Shown here in pieces: positions 47,760 through 56,012 of a DNA stretch of 64,000 nt. The notes beneath the pieces were generated by a model. That model was not told where the DNA came from, did no database searches, and was given only the letters and a program-made list of their open reading frames with translations. The stretch covers positions 62,001-126,000 of the IMG/VR virus record IMGVR_UViG_3300025770_000870; one strand, given 5' to 3'. The stretch's first letter is position 1, and each line of letters starts with the position of its first letter. The translations under genes were made by a program, and so were the position numbers.

Positions 47760-47882
47760 TTATAATTGGTTAATTAATAACCATTTTTTATATTTAAGTG
47801 TGTTACTTAGAAAGTCATCTATTTCATATTCAACTGAATCTGTTGGTACCTCAATTATTAATATATTATCTTTTATAATCAT
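47760..47882 (-). CDS. Small hypothetical protein (40 aa, not in ORF track)
   Basis: MIIKDNILIIEVPTD...; TAATATATA at 47935-47943. Confidence 0.45.
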   Translation of the reverse strand: MIIKDNILIIEVPTDSVEYEIDDFLSNTLKYKKWLLINQL

Positions 47883-47973
47883 AATTCTTAAATGTTTGTA
47901 TATTTATATATTTTTCTTAAATGTTTTTGTTAATTATATATTAAACTTTTTGTTATTATTAATTAGAATTAAT

Positions 47974-48663
47974 GTGAGAGAATCTTTCGAAGAATATAAA
48001 AAAACAATAGAAACCTTAATTATCAACTTCAAATATCTATATGATGGTGATGTTAAATCATCTAGTAATAAATCATACTCTGGTAGTATATCACATAAAA
48101 ACACTTCACCTAGTTTTGTTATAAATTGTATAAATCAAATATACGATGAAAGTATTCAATCGATGATCGATAAGTCAATACCAATGAGTATAGGATTAAA
48201 AACTGAACCATTGATAGGTAAACCAAGTAATGTGGCTGATAATATATTTTATTATATTGATAAATTAAAAACAAACTCATTCAAACCTCTTTATGTTTTT
48301 TGTTCATATAATGGAAGAAAATTATTTGGTATAACTAAAGAAATTAATAAAAACAAGCCTTTCCCGGGACACTTTTATGATATAGAAAAGTATCATAGTA
48401 GATCATATGACTTATATTTATCACCTATACTAATTAATGATAAAGAAGATGATATTGAGATTTATGTAACTGACAAATCAATACAAAGCTTAGTTTATTC
48501 TATACAAAATATGGATTATAAAATTTCAAAAGATGATGAATCATACAAACATACAATGTCTTATCATTTTTATGATTGTGACTTTACCTGTTATAAATTG
48601 ATAATCAAGGATGTATCTAAATGGAGGGATGAGAAAATAAATGAAATATTAAATGAGAATTGA
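47974..48663 (+). CDS. Hypothetical protein with C-terminal tag
   Basis: Probable GTG start RESFEEY; ends WRDEKINEILNEN. Confidence 0.65.
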   Translation: MRESFEEYKKTIETLIINFKYLYDGDVKSSSNKSYSGSISHKNTSPSFVINCINQIYDESIQSMIDKSIPMSIGLKTEPLIGKPSNVADNIFYYIDKLKTNSFKPLYVFCSYNGRKLFGITKEINKNKPFPGHFYDIEKYHSRSYDLYLSPILINDKEDDIEIYVTDKSIQSLVYSIQNMDYKISKDDESYKHTMSYHFYDCDFTCYKLIIKDVSKWRDEKINEILNEN

Positions 48664-49060
48664 TTGTGATAGTTTGGATTTTGGATTGGAATGTTATGAT
48701 CCAAGTTCTTTAGAGGAACGAAATAGATTAAAATCTAGTAAATTAGTTAAGGATTTATTGAAAATAAATAATAAAATGGAACCTAGAAGAAACTATATGG
48801 TTATATCAATGAATGTCTTTAATCTATTAGAGTATCACGATAGATTTGAACATATAAAATTATCTAGTAAAAAAGAAATAGGCCCATTAACACTTGTTGG
48901 TTATATAGGTGGTTTAGATTGTTATGTAGATTTAAATATGAAACATAATAACATACTATTACATTACGATAAACAAGTTATTCGTAATCTTAGATTAGAA
49001 TCTATATTAGATGATAGTAATATTATTGATGATGAGGTTGAAATTGAAGTGATAATTTAA
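48653..49060 (+). CDS. Protein resembling a fragment of gp23-type major capsid protein, with tag
   Basis: NYMVIS..V...LE....F...VGYIGG..CYVD; IRNLRLESIL. Confidence 0.5.
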   Translation: MRIDCDSLDFGLECYDPSSLEERNRLKSSKLVKDLLKINNKMEPRRNYMVISMNVFNLLEYHDRFEHIKLSSKKEIGPLTLVGYIGGLDCYVDLNMKHNNILLHYDKQVIRNLRLESILDDSNIIDDEVEIEVII

Positions 49061-49093
49061 CTGGACTAAAAGATTTTTATCTCACCTAACATA

Positions 49094-51106
49094 TTATTTA
49101 TTATTGTTATTGAATTTCTCAAATTTAGCGATAATCTTTTTATTTGTATTATCGATAGTCATTAAGCTTTTCCTATCCGTTTTCATTCCTTTTCCAGCAC
49201 CGGCCCTAATAAATTCTTCTTTTGTTACTGTTGATGGTGTACCATCGTTATTAACTAATTGATATTCGAAATTTTCATTAGTATCTTGTCCTAATAACTT
49301 AACACCTTTGGTATCATAATCAACATCCTCTCCAGATCTAGCAGTATCTATCTTTTCTTTAAGAGCATTTACAAAATCTCTAGCTATCTTCTTTAATACA
49401 TCAACATATTTATCTGTATCATAAGCTATTTTCATCATAGCTTTATTATATTTTAATAGATTAAGACCAGCGATATTTGTAATTGATGGGTGACCTCCAC
49501 TATTTCTTATTACAATTTCCCATACTGGAATTTTGAGATTATTTAATAGTGTTTTTTGTTCGTAAGATAAATCTTTATGTAAAACATTCATAGCTTCTTC
49601 TAATCCATCTTCTTTAATATCAACATTAAGAATAGTTCTACCCTCTTTCTTAAATACACAATCAGAATAAAAAGCTTCTAAATCAGAATATTTAAATCCA
49701 ACACCTTCGTATGAATCACCTTCATCCTTCTTCATTTTTTTCCAATCTTGTGAATTTTCAAATTCATTCTTAATTGATTCTAATGATATATAATACTTAC
49801 TCATCATTGGTTCATACTTAGCTAATACTTCTTTAGAGATTTCTCCTAAGTTAATATCTTTAAGTATTTTCTCCTTAAATGGATTACAAGAAACTTGTAC
49901 AAGACCCATTGGCCAAACAATACAGATAAATTCCGCATCCGGGAAATTCTTAAATGGTGTATATCTATCATAAGAACCTGGTTTAATCATACTACCACCT
50001 CCATATTGCATAAGTATTTTATAATCTTCATCAATATGAATACCCTTTATAGAACTCTTACCATTGAGAGCTTTTCTTCCTAACCAAGTAACGCTATAAA
50101 CATTTTTCGGTTTATCTTCAATATAATTTTTATCAAATAATCTATCAACATACTTAACATACTCTTCGTTAGATATTCCTAGCTTCTTAGCTAATTCAAC
50201 ATCTTGAGAGGCTGGCATTCTGTGTATATTTTTTAGGATGCTTAATTCGGTTCTACCAATTTCCATAACATCACCACTTTCACTTTCAACGAATCCGTAA
50301 TCCTTCATTCTCTCGATATAGTTAGTAAGGTTTGTTTTTATTTCTTCTGGTGTTGCTAATCTACCAAGCTTATCGCTTGTTTTTGCATTATTAATATAAT
50401 GTCTAATATTGTTAAACATTGAGTATAAACTCGCAGTTGAGTCTAATAATAAACACTCAAGTATATTCTTATTTATGTGATCTCTTTTACCATCTAATGA
50501 TTTAACAGTTATTCTTTTATTCTTATAAGCTAATAATAATCTATTAACCACTAATCCCATCATAAATCTATTCTTTTGTGGTGTTTCTGCCTTTTCATAT
50601 TTGAATATAGAATTTTGAACATCTTCTGGCTTAATATTATTTCTCAAGAAATCTGCTGAATCAATTGTTTGAATCATTTTTATATCTTGTGCCGTGAATA
50701 TATCTGAATATGAAACTTCACCTGATATAATCTCAACATTTGATCTAGCTGATTTGAAATATGTTGATTCTGTGTCCTCAGCACCAACTTGTTTATCATG
50801 ATGATCCGATTGTATATGGAACATTGGTTTACCGTGTGCGAAATCAACTAAAACTTTTAATGTATCAGGTCTTCCGTTTTTAACAGCATACTCTAATCCA
50901 CCATATTGAATGATATGACAATCAACTGTTTCTATTTGATAGTAATTTTTTAAGAATACACTCATAGCTAATGCTGATGTTACTCCATCTAAATCTTTGT
51001 GAAAGTATATCTCACATTCTTTATATCCTTTAGTTATAGCTTTTATGTTTCTTAAACCTACTTCCTCGTTTACAAACTCAGTATATTTTTTCATATTATT
51101 TTTCAT
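49094..51106 (-). CDS. Leader-tagged DHH-family phosphoesterase with inserted wHTH-like segment
   Basis: MKKYTEFVNE; HKDLDGV.S, LVDF, SDHH, GGH; TAATATATA at 51134-51142. Confidence 0.8.
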   Translation of the reverse strand: MKNNMKKYTEFVNEEVGLRNIKAITKGYKECEIYFHKDLDGVTSALAMSVFLKNYYQIETVDCHIIQYGGLEYAVKNGRPDTLKVLVDFAHGKPMFHIQSDHHDKQVGAEDTESTYFKSARSNVEIISGEVSYSDIFTAQDIKMIQTIDSADFLRNNIKPEDVQNSIFKYEKAETPQKNRFMMGLVVNRLLLAYKNKRITVKSLDGKRDHINKNILECLLLDSTASLYSMFNNIRHYINNAKTSDKLGRLATPEEIKTNLTNYIERMKDYGFVESESGDVMEIGRTELSILKNIHRMPASQDVELAKKLGISNEEYVKYVDRLFDKNYIEDKPKNVYSVTWLGRKALNGKSSIKGIHIDEDYKILMQYGGGSMIKPGSYDRYTPFKNFPDAEFICIVWPMGLVQVSCNPFKEKILKDINLGEISKEVLAKYEPMMSKYYISLESIKNEFENSQDWKKMKKDEGDSYEGVGFKYSDLEAFYSDCVFKKEGRTILNVDIKEDGLEEAMNVLHKDLSYEQKTLLNNLKIPVWEIVIRNSGGHPSITNIAGLNLLKYNKAMMKIAYDTDKYVDVLKKIARDFVNALKEKIDTARSGEDVDYDTKGVKLLGQDTNENFEYQLVNNDGTPSTVTKEEFIRAGAGKGMKTDRKSLMTIDNTNKKIIAKFEKFNNNNK

Positions 51107-51144
51107 ATCAGTATAATAATTTTCTTTATTCTTTATATATTAAA

Positions 51145-51588
51145 TTAGACAACGTATTTTATTTTTATGTCTTCTATTCGATGCATAAATATTTTAAGTT
51201 GATATCCCACTACCTTTGACTTCGAAATATACCATCCAAAATCACCCAATCTATCATTTGTGGTTTCTATTATTTCTTTAAATTCACTAGATTTTATATA
51301 ATCTTCTAATTCTTCTTTTTGTCTTCCGACATCATTAGCATTCCGTTGAACCAATTCCTGAAAGACACATCTTATATAAGGTATAGATTCTATAACCATT
51401 TTACCATCCTCTTTATCAACTGATGTATCTCTTTGGATAAGATTTTTATCAAAGTATGTTGATGTATTATATCCAGCATCCGATATATCAACAAACATAT
51501 CCTCAATGTATTCCTTTGTTAATCCATTATAATGTTCTTCCTTTGGTACTAACATTTCCCAACCTTCGAATGTCTTTAAATATTTCAT
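51145..51588 (-). CDS. Leader-tagged paralog-family protein
   Basis: MKYLKTFEG; IEDMFVDISDAGY. Confidence 0.75.
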   Translation of the reverse strand: MKYLKTFEGWEMLVPKEEHYNGLTKEYIEDMFVDISDAGYNTSTYFDKNLIQRDTSVDKEDGKMVIESIPYIRCVFQELVQRNANDVGRQKEELEDYIKSSEFKEIIETTNDRLGDFGWYISKSKVVGYQLKIFMHRIEDIKIKYVV

Positions 51589-51595
51589 TATTTCA

Positions 51596-52990
51596 TTATT
51601 TCTTTAAGAATTGCTTACCATATGATTTCATAATACCCTTATCAGTTCCTTTCTCTCCATCAGCATCAAACTTAGTATCAAAGAAGTTATTATAATCAGT
51701 AACAATCTTAACATCTGAATCCATTGTTGCATAAGGACCTAGTTTACCTGATCGATAAACACCACCTCTCATATCACCATTTAAATAACCTCCTACAAAA
51801 TAACAATTGGTTAATTTACTACGCTCAACATTACAATTTAATATCTTTGTATCTTCTGCATCAGAGTTATTTAATTTTGATTTAGATACTTGTGAATTTA
51901 TTATGTTAGTTCCCATAAAGAAACAATCATCAAATATACCCTCGACATTACAGTTTATTAATTCATATCCTTTTATGGTAGATGTTCCTTTTATATTAGC
52001 ATCAACAACCTCCATGGTTTGATCAGTTGTTACATAATTGATAATACACTCTTTCATATCTTCCGAACCTTCTATTATATTATAAAGTTTTGTATAAATT
52101 TTACCATAATATGCAGAAACGATATCATATGAGTGATTCTGGTCTATTTGTATTTGTATAGTTGGAAAATCGATTATAAAATTATCATAACTTGATAAGT
52201 TCTTATAATTCAATATATTTTCTTCTAAATAATCTTCTAATTTATTAATATCTTCTGAATTGAAATCAGATCTAACTGAATCATAAACATTAATAATAAA
52301 TCTTTCCAAGAAGTAAATTAATTGTCCAATATTTTTCTCGTAATCTTCACCCCCGATATATCTAAATTCTAACCTTTGTGTTTCTCTGGTATTACTTATG
52401 TTAGTGAAGTTTATACCATAATATTTATCATTTGGTAATCTCATGTTGTTTTTAACAACACCAATTGGTATGTTAAAAAAATCATATTCCTTAAATGGAA
52501 TCATTTTCTTAATACTCTTAGCATAAACATTTGATTTCCTTGATGGATAAGCTCTGTATATCTCTTCTTCATCAGTATTTAATATTAATTTTAATACATT
52601 TAGATCATTTAGATCCATATCATCATCAGTAAAAGATATATTAAAGTGTACTGATGACTTCTCATTTGTATATCCATAATTTTGTATGAACTTTAGAATC
52701 TTAATTAAGAAGTATTTAGCATTATAAAAATCCATTGGTCCAGTCACTATTTCAACCATATTGGAACCACCAGATAAATCAGGTTCTATTTTGAAATTAT
52801 TTGCATCTGGTTTGAAGTCTGAGTGATATTGTCTAAATCCCCAAACTTTCACTGGATTAAGTTCCTGATTCAATAATTCAAGTGTTTTATAATAAGATAA
52901 ATCCTTTAAATAAAATTCAAACTCGAAACCAACTTGTGATTTTTTGAGCTTGTTTGTTTGGCTTAGAAATTTATCAGAGTATTTTCTCAT
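51596..52990 (-). CDS. Putative amidoligase (COOH-NH2 ligase) with beta-helix-like C-terminus
   Basis: GFEFEF, D.S...EIVT.P, SVHFNIS, KYYGIN, EFRY; TAATATATA at 52996-53004. Confidence 0.75.
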   Translation of the reverse strand: MRKYSDKFLSQTNKLKKSQVGFEFEFYLKDLSYYKTLELLNQELNPVKVWGFRQYHSDFKPDANNFKIEPDLSGGSNMVEIVTGPMDFYNAKYFLIKILKFIQNYGYTNEKSSVHFNISFTDDDMDLNDLNVLKLILNTDEEEIYRAYPSRKSNVYAKSIKKMIPFKEYDFFNIPIGVVKNNMRLPNDKYYGINFTNISNTRETQRLEFRYIGGEDYEKNIGQLIYFLERFIINVYDSVRSDFNSEDINKLEDYLEENILNYKNLSSYDNFIIDFPTIQIQIDQNHSYDIVSAYYGKIYTKLYNIIEGSEDMKECIINYVTTDQTMEVVDANIKGTSTIKGYELINCNVEGIFDDCFFMGTNIINSQVSKSKLNNSDAEDTKILNCNVERSKLTNCYFVGGYLNGDMRGGVYRSGKLGPYATMDSDVKIVTDYNNFFDTKFDADGEKGTDKGIMKSYGKQFLKK

Positions 52991-53059
52991 AATAGTATAT
53001 ATTAAAAATAAATATTCTAATAAGTTCGAAGAGAATGTTATATTTCAATATATATGATT

Positions 53060-53170
53060 ATGAAATCTTGTAACAAATGTGAATTTTATAAAATGACACC
53101 AATAAGTATAATAAAGTCTTTAGATAACCTATTATACACTAAAGATAATTCAAAATTAAATAAAATATAA
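53060..53170 (+). pseudogene. Internally deleted HNH-type homing endonuclease relic
   Basis: MKSCNKC start fused to TPISIIKSLDNL...KDN.SK.NK end. Confidence 0.5.
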
Positions 53171-53171
53171 T

Positions 53172-53561
53172 ATGGAATTCTTTTGTGTATATTGCAAGAC
53201 TCGCAAGAAGTTTGATAAGTTTGTTAAAGTTAACAAAATTAAAAATAAGTATATTGTTGATATACGAAGGATTGTTGATGAAGAAGAAGTCGATTTCACT
53301 GATGATAAGACTTACCTCAAAATATTAATCTTTAATAAAATTCAACAAGCAATAGATAAGAAAAAGGATATTTACTATATTCCAGATTTTGACAAAGACT
53401 TTGCAATCGAGAAATTATTAAACCTTAAAAAGATATTAGCCGAGAATAACTTCAATGTTCTCATTTTTTACAACGAATTCAGAAAGAATCCAGAAATAAT
53501 GGATGATGTTCTATCAAACCTTTCTAAATTTTCAAATTCGCAAATTATTCGCGATTATTAA
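53172..53561 (+). CDS. Hypothetical protein
   Basis: 129-aa ORF. Confidence 0.7.
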   Translation: MEFFCVYCKTRKKFDKFVKVNKIKNKYIVDIRRIVDEEEVDFTDDKTYLKILIFNKIQQAIDKKKDIYYIPDFDKDFAIEKLLNLKKILAENNFNVLIFYNEFRKNPEIMDDVLSNLSKFSNSQIIRDY

Positions 53562-53629
53562 ATAAATAAAGATGTATAATTATTAGTAGAGATTACTAAT
53601 AATTAATATATACTAAAAAGATATTATAT

Positions 53630-55450
53630 ATGGCAATATTAGGAGGATCACCACTAGGACTTATAGGTATTAAAAGTACCCCATCTAGAGATGGTATGTC
53701 AACTTTTAATGCTGGGAACTCTCGTAATGTTAATGTTAATAAATATAACACAGGTAAACCTAATGAGGGTAGTGCTAAAGGAGGAATGGTATCATTATTC
53801 AGTGGTGGTAATGTTGTAAAAGCGTGGGGTAATATTAAAGCTGCAGGGACCGAGATGGATTCAACTGGACTTACGGATAATTTCAAAGGAACTTCTAGAT
53901 CAACATTACACAACAATGATATTTATGATACTAGTGTGTTAAATTTAATAGAGAAATTATCAACTACTCCAGCAAGGCTAAGACCATCTGATTTTGCTTA
54001 TCTCAAAGATTTAGGTCGTTATCCAAATAATAGACTAATGATAGCTAGAAGATTTGGTGGAGCAATTGGTGATGATATTATCGGAAAATCTAGAAAGCCG
54101 GACGTACAGGCGCTGTTGATAACATGGAAACCAGAGGGTGAAGAATTTTTTGAAATTTCATTTAGTGAAGACTGGGAAGATGCTGCTGCTGATTTTACTG
54201 GTATAATAAATGAAATGGGTGAAGACTTCTTGGGTAAGAGTGTTGGTAGCGGTATGGGAGCTGCTTTGGGATCTATACCACTCCCTGGATTCACAGAAGG
54301 TTTACAAAGACAATTCATGAAAAATTTAGGGATATTTGATAAGCTCCCAACAAATTCTAAAGGTATCGAGATTTTACCAGCAGGTAACCCTAATATAATT
54401 AAAATGGCCAAGAAAAGGAAAACTATCAATGCTGCTGACAAGGGTAGTGGTTTGAAATGTAGCTTTGCGGTGAAAATGGTGTGTGAATATGAGCAGAAGT
54501 TTATTTCGGGTATAGATCCAACAATTGTTTGGCAGGATTTATTAGGCACTATGTTAAGGTTCGGTACTTCTAAAAAATCAAGTTATGGATTATCAAAAGA
54601 TTTTGTTAAAAAAGTAGGTGAATGGTCTACAGATCCAGGTAAAGCTGTCGCATTTATTGCTAAAAAACTTTCATCCGCGGTCAATGCAATCGCTGATGAA
54701 GTTTATGAATTAATTGCAGCCATGACAGAAGATAAAGATGATAAAGAGGATAGGTTAGAAGAAGAAGCTGCTGAAGCAGGTAATCTAGCTACGGCGTTCT
54801 TCAAAGGCTTACTCGCTGATATTAAGAGCTCAGTTGAATCAACTGTTCTTAAATATAAACATGATATAATGGGTGTTGCTAACGCATTATCTGGTATGCC
54901 GTCAACACCTTGGCATATAACAATTGGAAACCCATTAAGACCTATGTTTTGTTCAGGTGATATGTTAGTTGAGGACACCAGATTAATCGTTGGTGCGGAT
55001 TTAGCATTTAATGATCTACCATCTAAAATAAGAGTTGAGTTTACTCTGAAAAATTCTAGACCTTGGGGTTTAGGTGAAATAGCTAGTAAATTTAATACTG
55101 GTAATATACGTACTGTGAATACTATTAGGGATTTTTCATCATTAAAAGCTGGTCAAACTTTACACAACTCACCACTTGAGAATGTTCCAACTCCAAAGGC
55201 CGAACCAGTGGGATCAGGACCCGGGGTTTCTAATACAGCCGCTGGTGTTGATAATACCAATAGTGGAGTAACAACTGAAAACAAAGAAGTGGAAGTGGTT
55301 GTTCCTGAGGCTGGAAGTGGATCAGAACCTGAATCTGTTGTAACCGATGGAGAGACCACATCCCCTACTGAAGTACAAGTAGCCGCCGAAGCCGCTGCCG
55401 CCACAGCCGCCGCAGCCGCAGCACCAGAATCAGAAACACCTGCCCCATAA
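53630..55450 (+). CDS. Putative baseplate/tail structural protein
   Basis: PWHITIGNP..PMF...DLP...VEFTL pattern; precedes the gp53-like gene; TAATATATA at 53604-53612. Confidence 0.6.
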   Translation: MAILGGSPLGLIGIKSTPSRDGMSTFNAGNSRNVNVNKYNTGKPNEGSAKGGMVSLFSGGNVVKAWGNIKAAGTEMDSTGLTDNFKGTSRSTLHNNDIYDTSVLNLIEKLSTTPARLRPSDFAYLKDLGRYPNNRLMIARRFGGAIGDDIIGKSRKPDVQALLITWKPEGEEFFEISFSEDWEDAAADFTGIINEMGEDFLGKSVGSGMGAALGSIPLPGFTEGLQRQFMKNLGIFDKLPTNSKGIEILPAGNPNIIKMAKKRKTINAADKGSGLKCSFAVKMVCEYEQKFISGIDPTIVWQDLLGTMLRFGTSKKSSYGLSKDFVKKVGEWSTDPGKAVAFIAKKLSSAVNAIADEVYELIAAMTEDKDDKEDRLEEEAAEAGNLATAFFKGLLADIKSSVESTVLKYKHDIMGVANALSGMPSTPWHITIGNPLRPMFCSGDMLVEDTRLIVGADLAFNDLPSKIRVEFTLKNSRPWGLGEIASKFNTGNIRTVNTIRDFSSLKAGQTLHNSPLENVPTPKAEPVGSGPGVSNTAAGVDNTNSGVTTENKEVEVVVPEAGSGSEPESVVTDGETTSPTEVQVAAEAAAATAAAAAAPESETPAP

Positions 55451-55465
55451 AAATAATTAATATAA

Positions 55466-55993
55466 ATGAACTTTAAATCACTTGCTGAGTATATAGGAAT
55501 AAATAAGTATCGAGAATTAGGTGATAATGAAGATGTTTTTTATGATTTGTTTTCATCTACGTTTAAGTATAATCAACGTATAGTATTATCAGAATATAGA
55601 GTTCCTAAGGGGTTTGATATGAGATTAGATTTGGTGTTTCAGGAAATGTATAATTTAGAGCCTAATGAAGTTGGTAATTATTTAGAAGATATGGATGTTA
55701 TATACTTTATCAATAATATTGATAATCCACTTAATATAAAGGAAGGACTTGTATTAAAATATCCGCCCGATTTGGGTAACCTACGTGAGTTTAGAGTTCT
55801 TAATGTTGATGATGATATTAATCATAAAGATAGAGTGAAAGAGAAATTAGCATACCCTAATAAGTCAACTCGTAAAGATAAGTCTAGAGAAAATTTTGTC
55901 AAAAATGGGTATTCACTACCACCAGTAGTATTAGAAACACCCAGGCCACCAGTTTCAGTAAAAGATGGTAAATTCAATATTGGTGGACTTTGA
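55466..55993 (+). CDS. Baseplate wedge protein (T4 gp53/LysM-like)
   Basis: Y.V.....MRLDL....Y...INNIDNPLNIKEG..L.YP. Confidence 0.7.
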   Translation: MNFKSLAEYIGINKYRELGDNEDVFYDLFSSTFKYNQRIVLSEYRVPKGFDMRLDLVFQEMYNLEPNEVGNYLEDMDVIYFINNIDNPLNIKEGLVLKYPPDLGNLREFRVLNVDDDINHKDRVKEKLAYPNKSTRKDKSRENFVKNGYSLPPVVLETPRPPVSVKDGKFNIGGL

Positions 55994-56012
55994 TAAATTT
56001 TATAAATAGTTT

